Part shown: in pieces, positions 47,492-56,082 of the stretch
Position numbering within the stretch: position 1 is the first letter of the stretch
How the letters are laid out: every line of letters starts with the position of its first letter
Source: a virus
DNA: 64,000 bases
IMG/VR virus record: IMGVR_UViG_3300047994_000087
Coordinates: 1-64,000 of that record
Strand: one strand, 5' to 3'
Program-made: the position numbers and the translations under genes
The notes under the pieces: generated by a model
The model's database searches: none
What the model saw: only the letters and a program-made list of their open reading frames with translations
What the model was told of the DNA's origin: nothing

Positions 47492-49327
47492 TTATTGTTG
47501 GACCTCATCATCGTCTTCTACTTTATCATCACCAGGCTCTGACATAAATTGATCTAGATCCTTACGATTCGGGTCTACATTAGGGTCAATAGACTGCACT
47601 TGCTGCGCTGTCTGTACTTGCTGATTGAGAGACAATTGCGCCATTACTCGTTTCATAGTTGCAGGGTCTGTTTTGAAGAATACGGCGCCGTCTGCCAGAA
47701 TACTGAACTTATCCTGAATCCATTTTATAAGTTCTACCGGGTCTATAGCAGCTGCAACAAGAGGATTGCTCATTGCTTTTGCCAAAAAATCTAGGCTCCT
47801 TCCACATATTTCCTGTTTTGCATCGTCAAACTCCAGCTTCTCAAGCCCACTTAGGTCGACTAAAGACTGAATAAATTGAATATCAAAGTCCTTGTTAGTG
47901 ACTGTCATTCCTGTATTAACTAGGTGTGCAAGCACGATCTGACGCAATCCCTTGGATAGAGCCTTCTGTATGCTTGCCAGGCGTCTGGTGTACCGGCTGA
48001 ACATTCTTAACTCTTGTACTTTGTCTGTTGTGTTGGAGCCAAAAATAAGAGAAGGAGGTATACCAATAGAAGACATGATGATAGCTCTCAAGCTATTTGT
48101 GGCATTCAAGATATCGTCAATGGGCTGGCTTGCTCTCACGTTGAGAGGGTCCAACCCGCCTTTCTCATCACTGAAGATTGGCACAACACGCAGTCTACCA
48201 AGCACTGTCATAATCTCAGCAAGGGAGATCTGATTGGTGCGGGGATCTATGCCAGTAGGTACGTTCAGTAGTTGTTCATATCGCTTGATAGCAGCAATGA
48301 CTTCATGAGGAGGTGTGTTAGCGGGCATTCTCATGCCTACCAGCTGCGTCTGCGTGATTTGATTCATCTTAGTCGCAGGCATGAGCTTCTCTAATACCTG
48401 GAGTTCTCTGATCTTCTCTATAAGGTTCAGGAACATAGGTGTTCCTATACGAACATAGTCAGGCAGCTTGTCTTTGACTGACTGAGGTATCTTGTCGAAG
48501 CCAGGATCAGTCCAGCCCCTATTCAGCTTGTTCTGGAGACATATACGGTGCTTCTGTGTGCCTATGCAAAAGTGAGCGTAGGCAGTGGCCGGAAGGATCT
48601 TCCACTCACGCCCTTTTAACTGAAGGTATCTGGTAGGAATGCCCTGCTCATAGAAGGCAACCAGGTTTAAGGGGTCTACGTCGTCATGAACTCTAACAAC
48701 CCCTTTGCCATTTTCTATTTCCAGGCGGACAGAGTACTCGCCTAGGTCTATTAAATCTCGTGTTATGTCCTCCAGCAGATTGTTCATGTCCACTGTATCC
48801 ATAAGCTCATCAATGGCTTTCTGGATCTTCTTGTCCTTTGCTGTAATGCGGATGATCTGCCCACGCTCGTTAGAATTAAGCACGTCCTCTTTCATCAGGT
48901 CAAGGATAGTGCCAACTATATAGAATCTGCGCACGTCATCAGTAGTGTTCAGATATTCTTGACGGGAGTTGACTGCGTTAGTCCAGATAGTGATGAGGGA
49001 TGTCCCAAGGTCCCATGCGCCTTTGCCTACAAAGTCCATCAAGTTCTGTTCCTTGGCATAGCCAAGCTTCATGATGTCCGCACCGGAGAAAGATCCAGGA
49101 ACTCCTTCGAATATATTGGTAGGAAAGTTCTGTAAGTCTAGACCAGAAGCAGTGCTAGTGTCCTTCCTGATCTTGAACAAGTTCTCTACTAGTTTTGCCG
49201 ATTCAGGAATGGAGAACCCTTGTCGTTGGAAGTGTTCTATTCCTATTTGAGGACCTATTGACGTAGGCTGTTCGCTGGGATGCGGGCCAGGAGTAAACCA
49301 GGACTTAAACCAATCTTTCCAACTCAT
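47492..49327 (-). CDS. Portal protein (gp20-like)
   Basis: 611 aa heading the head cluster; SSIGIPPSLI, RMFSRYTRRLASIQKALSKGL. Confidence 0.85.
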   Translation of the reverse strand: MSWKDWFKSWFTPGPHPSEQPTSIGPQIGIEHFQRQGFSIPESAKLVENLFKIRKDTSTASGLDLQNFPTNIFEGVPGSFSGADIMKLGYAKEQNLMDFVGKGAWDLGTSLITIWTNAVNSRQEYLNTTDDVRRFYIVGTILDLMKEDVLNSNERGQIIRITAKDKKIQKAIDELMDTVDMNNLLEDITRDLIDLGEYSVRLEIENGKGVVRVHDDVDPLNLVAFYEQGIPTRYLQLKGREWKILPATAYAHFCIGTQKHRICLQNKLNRGWTDPGFDKIPQSVKDKLPDYVRIGTPMFLNLIEKIRELQVLEKLMPATKMNQITQTQLVGMRMPANTPPHEVIAAIKRYEQLLNVPTGIDPRTNQISLAEIMTVLGRLRVVPIFSDEKGGLDPLNVRASQPIDDILNATNSLRAIIMSSIGIPPSLIFGSNTTDKVQELRMFSRYTRRLASIQKALSKGLRQIVLAHLVNTGMTVTNKDFDIQFIQSLVDLSGLEKLEFDDAKQEICGRSLDFLAKAMSNPLVAAAIDPVELIKWIQDKFSILADGAVFFKTDPATMKRVMAQLSLNQQVQTAQQVQSIDPNVDPNRKDLDQFMSEPGDDKVEDDDEVQQ

Positions 49328-49360
49328 TCAGGGTTCCTTAATTGCTCCTTTATAGAGTAG

Positions 49361-49906
49361 GTGCAAACAAGAAGCCGTTATACTTTCACGCAGGTTTTCC
49401 AGAACACATTAACAGTAGGCATATTATGTGGAGAAGATCTACGAATAAGGATGGTTACTTTTATGTCAAATGTAGTTGGCTCATCTAGATGGGGAAACAG
49501 CTCCGATAAAGCCTCTAAGGCAGCCGCTGGATGGTGGTCTGATATAAGCGACACAAGAAAGCGTGTGCTAACGGTCAATAGCGGCATAGACGAAATTACG
49601 CCTGATGTGTTTGCTACGATCAAGAGGGACTTGGAAGACAGGAAGATTACTAGTCTTACAGCTGTGAAGATTCTATCGACCCTAAGTACCATCGCTAACA
49701 AACATGATGCAATCGCATTAGCGAAGTACAAAGAGTTAATAAATGCAGGCACCGAACGTCCTACAGAAACTGAAGCAGCTGCAAAAGGTAAGAAGACTAG
49801 TAAGCTTACCGGGCAAGCTAAGAAGGATGCTCAGAAGGCTATGGAAGGTACTCTGGTCGAGCTTACGCAGTTGGCTATAAAGAAGAAACAAGGCACTGAT
49901 GCTTGA
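49361..49906 (+). CDS. Probable terminase small subunit (true start likely ATG 49451 or 49463)
   Basis: Helical ORF overlapping the terL start; position only. Confidence 0.45.
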   Translation: MQTRSRYTFTQVFQNTLTVGILCGEDLRIRMVTFMSNVVGSSRWGNSSDKASKAAAGWWSDISDTRKRVLTVNSGIDEITPDVFATIKRDLEDRKITSLTAVKILSTLSTIANKHDAIALAKYKELINAGTERPTETEAAAKGKKTSKLTGQAKKDAQKAMEGTLVELTQLAIKKKQGTDA

Positions 49907-51845
49907 TGAGGAATTATTCTCTCAGTTAAGCGAAGAAGCGCAGATAGTAATACGCAACATCTGTCCAAACGCTACCTTTGATGAAGCTATAGAGATACTG
50001 TCCGACATGGCGGAGTTTGAATCTCCTCCCCCGACTATCGATGAGTTCCTGGATCTTCCATATTATCTTGGACATATCGGTCCTGAGATATTTCCGTTCT
50101 GGAGAGAGCAGCTCAGGATAATCCATCCTAGCCCCTACTACAGTCCATTCGAAATAGTGGTTGTGTCAGGCTCTACAGGTGGTGGCAAAAGCTGGTGTTC
50201 AATCATATCTTTGTTATACGAAATCTGCGTGTTCTTACACCGGAGAGATGCTCATGAACATTTTGGCGTAGGGAATGATGGACAAATATATGTTGGGATG
50301 TGTAACAACACACTGACTCTGTCCAAAGATACGCAACTAAAGAACTTCTTTAACATGTTCAATAAGTCACCATTCTTTAAGGACATGCAGGCCCAGAAGG
50401 CAAAGTTAGTTAAGCCTACCAAAGGGCTTCTAGATCTCAACTTACCGTACAACATCAATCTTCTAGCTGGGTCCACAGCGCAGCACTTCATTGGCCGAGC
50501 TGTTATGAATGTACTGGTATCAGAACTTAATGCCATGACCCGGCAAGGTGGTCAACAGGCCTCTAACGTTATATCAGAACTTGAGGCTAGATTGTTCACA
50601 CGTTTCCACCGAGGAACGAAACTGCCTCGCCCCGGTAAGATTTACCTTGACTCATCAAAGAAAGAAACGACTGGCTCCCTGGATAGTTACATTGATAGTA
50701 AGAGGGGGAAGAAAAACGTACATATAATTGAGGCGCCTTTCTGGAAGTTCACTGAAGGTACTGACAAAGATCACAACGACAAGAACCAATTTTTCTATGT
50801 GTTCAAGGGGAGCCGTACTGAAGATCCACGCATGCTTGACTTGAATGACCCTGATGATCAAAATGTACCTGAGTCATTAGTGTTGAAAGTACCCGAAAAT
50901 TTGCGTCCGTTTTTTGAGATGGACGTAGTCAACGCCCTGAGAGACTTGGGCGGTGTGGCCACATCTTCATCAGGTAACTTTATCTCCAGCGCAGAAGCTA
51001 TTGCTGACTCATTGTGCTTACCTAGTCGGTCTAAGAAAGAGGTCATAAAGCTTGATCTCCATGATGACTCAGACAAGCTTATAGACTATGTAGACCTGGC
51101 TGACTTGGACAGGAATGCTGTGTACTACATGCACCTCGATTTATCAAAGAATAGGGACCGCACAGGGATCTGTATGCTCAGAGTCTCGGGCAAGAAACAA
51201 CTTGCACGTTTTGACCGTAGTGAAGGTCTAACCAAGATGTTAGAAGAGAATGTCTACAGTGCGGACGTGTTGCTGGCATTAAAAGCAAAACCAAACCAAC
51301 AGGTTCCTATTTACAAGATTGAGGCATTTATCTATGACCTTATTCACGCAGGTTTCAAGATTGGGGGAGTTACGTTTGACCAATTCGGTAGCTTAGACGT
51401 TATGCAGCGCTTGAACGCCAAGCAAGTGCCAACAGAGTATCTATCAGTAGATAGGCCTAGACAAGCTTATGACACGCTCCGTCAAACACTGATGGAAAGG
51501 CGTATCAAGATTGCTTGCCACCCTCCAGACGATCCAACTCGCGCCTCAATAATTGAGAAAGAGCTTAGGGAGCTTATAGACCTGGGTGACAAGATAAACC
51601 ACCCTGACGAGACTGAGCACAACAAGGGCGAGTGGGTGCGTCCATCAAAAGACTTAGCTGACGCTCTCTGCGGCGCCCTGTGGAACTGCATTAACCTGAC
51701 GACTAACCACACAGTGCATGCAGTAGCTTTAGAGACTTACATGGATGCTCTGGAAGATTTGACACTTCCAACAGATCCCATTATGGACGACATTCTGCGC
51801 GGTGGTTTTTCACATATACAACAACCAGGCAGAGGCACTTGGTAG
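49899..51845 (+). CDS. terL: Terminase large subunit
   Basis: GSTGGGKS Walker A, LDSS coupling motif, MHLDLSKNRDRTG, TFDQF, KINHP, SKDLADA nuclease motifs. Confidence 0.9.
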   Translation: MLDEELFSQLSEEAQIVIRNICPNATFDEAIEILSDMAEFESPPPTIDEFLDLPYYLGHIGPEIFPFWREQLRIIHPSPYYSPFEIVVVSGSTGGGKSWCSIISLLYEICVFLHRRDAHEHFGVGNDGQIYVGMCNNTLTLSKDTQLKNFFNMFNKSPFFKDMQAQKAKLVKPTKGLLDLNLPYNINLLAGSTAQHFIGRAVMNVLVSELNAMTRQGGQQASNVISELEARLFTRFHRGTKLPRPGKIYLDSSKKETTGSLDSYIDSKRGKKNVHIIEAPFWKFTEGTDKDHNDKNQFFYVFKGSRTEDPRMLDLNDPDDQNVPESLVLKVPENLRPFFEMDVVNALRDLGGVATSSSGNFISSAEAIADSLCLPSRSKKEVIKLDLHDDSDKLIDYVDLADLDRNAVYYMHLDLSKNRDRTGICMLRVSGKKQLARFDRSEGLTKMLEENVYSADVLLALKAKPNQQVPIYKIEAFIYDLIHAGFKIGGVTFDQFGSLDVMQRLNAKQVPTEYLSVDRPRQAYDTLRQTLMERRIKIACHPPDDPTRASIIEKELRELIDLGDKINHPDETEHNKGEWVRPSKDLADALCGALWNCINLTTNHTVHAVALETYMDALEDLTLPTDPIMDDILRGGFSHIQQPGRGTW

Positions 51846-51849
51846 AGTT

Positions 51850-51967
51850 ATTTCCTGTTTTGACGTGTTTTCCCATTCGGGAAAATGACATGTTTTAGGA
51901 AATTCCCGTTCGGTAATTTACCTGTATTTACTGCGTGGTAAATATGGCTTGATTACTGAACGGGAAT
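51850..51967. repeat. Four imperfect 14-bp palindromes that also form two long hairpins
   Basis: TTCCCATTCGGGAA (51870), TTCCCGTTCGGTAA (51903), TTACTGCGTGGTAA (51928), TTACTGAACGGGAA (51953). Confidence 0.75.
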
Positions 51968-51976
51968 AAAGCAGAA

Positions 51977-51992
51977 GCCCCCTTTCGGGGGC
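51977..51992 (-). terminator. Intrinsic terminator for the minus-strand nucleotide-metabolism block
   Basis: Minus strand GCCCCC-GAAA-GGGGGC followed by TTCTGCTTTATT. Confidence 0.7.
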
Positions 51993-52204
51993 CTCGCGCA
52001 CCAAGCCGTAGCTATGGTGAAGTTCTGAGTACCTCGTACTCGTTAGGTCTGCTTGAGGGTGCACGTCTCAGAGGCAGGTATGTTTCCCTCAGCTGTCTGA
52101 GTGGCATTGTTATTCTAACAGCTCCACACTGTTCTTCAAATATTTTGATCAACTGAGGCGACATGTTGAATCGAGTGCCTTTGTGTTCAATAGACTTTCT
52201 CAGG

Positions 52205-52537
52205 TTACCGTCCGCATGCCTTCTCCAAGATTAGATCCGACAGTCTGTCCTCGTCATAAACGGTCCAACAATGCGCGTGAGTCTTGTAAGGATCACACAC
52301 CTTCTCATGGGAGCGGACATACTGGTGCGCGACAGCAAGTCTGATGGCCAGCTCTGATACAGGGAGTTCCTGTTCTTGCTCGACCTCAAGTCTTTTGTTC
52401 TCTATGAGCTGAGGAATGTCGAGACCGTATTGCGCGTGGACTTCAGCTTGGCTGAGTGAACCCATACATACCCATCCAAAGTAAACAGCCCATGCTAGAA
52501 CCCAGAAAGTGTCAAAGGTTTTAGAAGTTCTCATCAA
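52205..52537 (-). CDS. Hypothetical protein with N-terminal TM/signal segment
   Basis: FWVLAWAVYFGWVCMG hydrophobic segment. Confidence 0.55.
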   Translation of the reverse strand: MMRTSKTFDTFWVLAWAVYFGWVCMGSLSQAEVHAQYGLDIPQLIENKRLEVEQEQELPVSELAIRLAVAHQYVRSHEKVCDPYKTHAHCWTVYDEDRLSDLILEKACGR

Positions 52538-53247
52538 AGCGCCAACGCCTTGACTACTCGCTCTCTAATCGGCTTGGTGGTCAAATAACCGTCTATAGAA
52601 TGAGGTAGTGGAGGAACATGCCCAACCATTGGGTTAAAGACTATTTCGTCAGATATGACAAATGAGTCGTCGAAGTGCTTGTTCAGAAAATGCTGCGCTG
52701 CAACAGGGTCAAGCCAGTCTGAGTAGTTTGCCCAGCGCTTGATCGACGTTGGAACTGGTAACTCACCTTCCGGTATGTTTTGAACACGTCGAATTTCCGC
52801 CTGTAACCCACCGACGCCCAAAGGGCTTCCCACCGTAATCAATTGAACGCAGTTTAAATCGGGCAGCTTGTCACGCATTTGTAGGAGCACTTCATAAGCA
52901 ATGACTGTGCCAAGGCTGTGTGATAGCAGAACAAAGGGCGTCTTATCGGTAGGCAGTAATTCAATTAGTCGTTGTTGGATTGCAGTGCGTAGTCCAGTGT
53001 TATAGAAATAATGATCGCAATCCAGGAGTAACTTAGGAGCACACACAGTGTGGAAGATTTCACAAAGAAGTTTGTCTTGGAAAGACAGTCCCACCTTCGG
53101 CCCTTCCTGGTAGACAGAAAGGTCAGCCCAGAAAGCAAACACTGATTCAGCGTCAGGACCGCCGAACAGCTTCATGTCCCAATCAAGTTTTAAATCATCC
53201 ACCTTGGAAGTGGACTCATTGATTCCATGGACGTAAATTAACTTCAT
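52534..53247 (-). CDS. Alpha/beta hydrolase (lipase/esterase-like)
   Basis: YVHGI oxyanion motif, SHSLG nucleophile elbow, TVGSPLG, DPVA, PHSIDGYL. Confidence 0.85.
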   Translation of the reverse strand: MKLIYVHGINESTSKVDDLKLDWDMKLFGGPDAESVFAFWADLSVYQEGPKVGLSFQDKLLCEIFHTVCAPKLLLDCDHYFYNTGLRTAIQQRLIELLPTDKTPFVLLSHSLGTVIAYEVLLQMRDKLPDLNCVQLITVGSPLGVGGLQAEIRRVQNIPEGELPVPTSIKRWANYSDWLDPVAAQHFLNKHFDDSFVISDEIVFNPMVGHVPPLPHSIDGYLTTKPIRERVVKALAL

Positions 53248-53392
53248 GACCGTAATGGCCCCTAGAGATGTTTCTAGAGACCATTATCATACTGATTAAT
53301 ACTGTGAGACCTTTTTATGGGCTTATTGCCTTTGCTTAAGCCAAATCTCCCGCTAATTCGGCTTCCAACATTTCAGATTTATTTTACTCATG

Positions 53393-53986
53393 TTACACTG
53401 CTCCTTTGTTGTTTTCGTATGCTTCTACAATCGGAATTATTTTCTCGCTCAATTCTCTGACACTTCCATCGTTTACCACTAAGTGGTCTTCTTTGATTTG
53501 ACTTAGCAGGGACTCGCTTGCGTGCGTTTTGTCCACTCCATTGTCGTACTTAGGTCGGACAATCTTGATGATCAATCCACCCTCGCTACGAACGTATCCT
53601 TCCTCCGCCCCGTCTTCTCCAGCTTGGCCTGGAAATCTGAGGTCACTGATAATGGCTTTATCGTATTTATTTACTTCCTTACGCGCTAAGTCAATCCACA
53701 CGTTGGGACCATAATACTCACGCATAACTTCTGTGCCAAAGTACTGGAGCAGGCGACGTACCTCAGGATGCTTCTTGGCCCCATCCCAGCCTATCTCATC
53801 CACTAGTTTTGCCAGACGGATCAGAGTGCCATCAGGAAGGACCACATATGGGTTGAGTGCATACATCATCTTCTTAAGAGGGTCTGCAAATGCGATCTTC
53901 TTGTAGTAGAACATCTCAGCTATCATCAAACTGACTGTGTCTTTACCGTGCTGAGCTTCACCACAAACTGCAATCAACTTCTTCAC
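53393..53986 (-). CDS. Deoxynucleoside monophosphate kinase
   Basis: GEAQHGKDT, FADPLK, RRLLQYFGTE, ISDLRF, HASE. Confidence 0.92.
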   Translation of the reverse strand: MKKLIAVCGEAQHGKDTVSLMIAEMFYYKKIAFADPLKKMMYALNPYVVLPDGTLIRLAKLVDEIGWDGAKKHPEVRRLLQYFGTEVMREYYGPNVWIDLARKEVNKYDKAIISDLRFPGQAGEDGAEEGYVRSEGGLIIKIVRPKYDNGVDKTHASESLLSQIKEDHLVVNDGSVRELSEKIIPIVEAYENNKGAV

Positions 53987-53987
53987 T

Positions 53988-54776
53988 TTATTTCACCCTC
54001 CGCATAGCAACCATCTCTTTCTCCGTGTCTCGATTAATAGCGGCTTCAGCAGAGAACTTGCCTTTGTAGCGGGCCTCCAGTTTTCTGATGTTGCCCTTCA
54101 ATACTTCCTGGTTGTCCAGGCCGAGCGTCTCATGCAGGAGTGCTATGTACCAGAACAGGTCTCCTGTCTCTTCCTGGAAGTTGATCAAGTCCTCTTCCGT
54201 AAATCCACCAGTGCCGTTGTAGAAACTCTTAAAGAGGTTGTTGGTTAGACGTTCTGCTAGCTCGTTGGACTCAGTCAGAATGCCAAGAATGGCATGGATA
54301 GCTCCCATGTCTGTTGACACGGTTACAGTAGGAGTGTAAGGGTCTGTTGGAGTCTGACCCTGAGAGAATGCCAGCTTCTGTAGCTGTGCAAAGTACTGTT
54401 CCATCTTGTCTTCAGGGATTTCCTTGCCATAGATAAGCTTCCGCTTGTACAGGTCTAACATCGACCCAATGGCTGTGCTCATTCGCAGCAGGCACCACAA
54501 TTTTGCAAAGTCGATCTCAGTATCCTGAGGGGGGTTGCTCAGTGTGGTCAATGCTTGTTTTGTATAATCCTCAAACGACAGATCGTGATCTGCCTTTTGC
54601 TTTTCGCAACGGGTACATTTTTCTGTTTTGGCAAGCAACCGTTTACGTCGTATCTGTTTTTGGTGCCCGCATTCCCTACATTGCACTTGATAGAGATAGT
54701 GTCCGGTATTGTCTATACGACCGAAACACACTACATACCAGTCTCCCTGGAAAGTCCCAGACAAAGTGTCGATCAT
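53988..54776 (-). CDS. MazG-like NTP pyrophosphatase with N-terminal Cys-rich domain
   Basis: LGILTESNEL, EETGDLFWY, NIRKLEARY; N-terminal QCRECG...CTRC. Confidence 0.8.
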   Translation of the reverse strand: MIDTLSGTFQGDWYVVCFGRIDNTGHYLYQVQCRECGHQKQIRRKRLLAKTEKCTRCEKQKADHDLSFEDYTKQALTTLSNPPQDTEIDFAKLWCLLRMSTAIGSMLDLYKRKLIYGKEIPEDKMEQYFAQLQKLAFSQGQTPTDPYTPTVTVSTDMGAIHAILGILTESNELAERLTNNLFKSFYNGTGGFTEEDLINFQEETGDLFWYIALLHETLGLDNQEVLKGNIRKLEARYKGKFSAEAAINRDTEKEMVAMRRVK

Positions 54777-54847
54777 TAGTTATCTCCAAATAGGTGCAAC
54801 AAAACATAGGCCAACAGGTCAGCCAGATCTGAATAGGTTTGTATAAA

Positions 54848-55300
54848 TTAGGTCGTCGATGCGATGAAGTTGTTTACGACGTAGGCATCATTATCTTCAA
54901 GAGTAAGTGTGAACAGCTGTGCACTGGCCATGGGTCTAATTGACACCACCTGAGCCCACCATAGTTTGCTTACCTTCAAACAAGCCAACGACTCACCTAT
55001 CGTTATATCTCGCAGTGTCTTCCATCCAGTTCGGGTCCAGAATCTTTGATCACCGGAACAGATTGCACTGTCTCCAGTCTTAAGTAGAATTTCGTGGACA
55101 TCATGGCTACGGTCCCCACTTACCGTTGCTACCCTCTTAGTCTCTATCTGCTCAGTCTCAGTATTGAATGTGGTGATCAATCTTCCCCATCGCTTATCGA
55201 GGGCTAAGTTTGATAGCTTTCCAAACGTCCAGTGCACGGACGTATCTTTGAATGAGCGTCTGCCTTTTAAGTCGGCATCTATAGAGAATCCTGGGGGCAT
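54848..55300 (-). CDS. Stand-alone degenerate Hint (intein-like) domain protein
   Basis: EILLKTGDSAICSGDQRFWTRTGWKTLRDITIGESL and VVSIRP..LFTLTL..DAYVVNNFIAST follow Hint block B/F/G spacing; catalytic residues absent. Confidence 0.7.
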   Translation of the reverse strand: MPPGFSIDADLKGRRSFKDTSVHWTFGKLSNLALDKRWGRLITTFNTETEQIETKRVATVSGDRSHDVHEILLKTGDSAICSGDQRFWTRTGWKTLRDITIGESLACLKVSKLWWAQVVSIRPMASAQLFTLTLEDNDAYVVNNFIASTT

Positions 55301-55362
55301 AGGGACTGGGTTTCCTGGACAGTGATACCTTTAATGTCCAAGAATAAACCTTAACTATGTGC

Positions 55363-55719
55363 CTAAGTGAAAACCAAGTCGTTCTTGATGTACATGGGCT
55401 GCATGGTTATTGCATCCATGACAAACATTCCTAGTTGTATTGCTACTGCTAGTTCTAGCTTAGCGCCTCTAGACTTCTCCCAACCTGGCAACAATGCTAT
55501 TCCATCACAGTGAAATAATAGTTGCAGGTCTGCTCTTAAATAATCCTCCCATGCTAATGGCCTTGAGTCATTCATTTCGGCTGGATTGATGACATAGTAC
55601 CCGCCGTCCCTCAGCCTTTTAGCTGCCTCCATGAATGATGGGAAGTTGTTGTCAGGCAAATTACTCATTGGACCTGAAAGGTATGTCCGCTTTGGTTTAC
55701 TCAAGTTATGTGCCTCCAC
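55363..55719 (-). CDS. DUF4406 / nucleoside 2-deoxyribosyltransferase-like protein
   Basis: YLSGPMS.LPDNNFPSF, VINPAE, CDGIALLPGWEKSRGAKLE. Confidence 0.88.
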   Translation of the reverse strand: MEAHNLSKPKRTYLSGPMSNLPDNNFPSFMEAAKRLRDGGYYVINPAEMNDSRPLAWEDYLRADLQLLFHCDGIALLPGWEKSRGAKLELAVAIQLGMFVMDAITMQPMYIKNDLVFT

Positions 55720-55991
55720 TGCCTACCAGTTTTGATAGCGCTAATTGTCATCTTATGGACTCCTGTCTTTTTGGTGATTACGTTTGAGGTCTCTCCAAGC
55801 TCAATAGGAGTGATCTTTTCTTTGAACACTCCTCCTATCCATGTCCAGCATCCGTTGTCTTCAACTCTAATACGAGACATAAATCTGGATGTCGCTTCAG
55901 GAAGCTTAAGAGATAACGGAGCGTCCTCTATGTTGGCGCTTTCGGTTATCAACTTACTGAATCTTCCAGTGTGTTTGTTTCTTTCTGACAT
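55701..55991 (-). pseudogene. HNH endonuclease relic lacking the catalytic core
   Basis: RFMSRI..NGCWTWIG joined almost directly to the C-terminal HTH GVHKMTISAIKTGRQW; no H-N-H motif. Confidence 0.6.
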
Positions 55992-56082
55992 CAAGTGGTC
56001 TCTCGATTTACTTCGACTATTCAATGATGCACTAAGAGTTAATGTGGAGGAGAAAACATCGGAGTTTGTTGAAGAACCGATC

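Noticed and set aside
12201-48923. Many + strand ORFs of 60-170 aa within the late cluster (and - strand ORFs within the replication genes)
   Set aside because: They are antisense shadows of well-supported genes, with no motifs or RBS.
51850-51967. Mini CRISPR array
   Set aside because: Units are 14-bp degenerate palindromes with 11-19 bp gaps, too short for repeat-spacer structure; no cas genes in the window.
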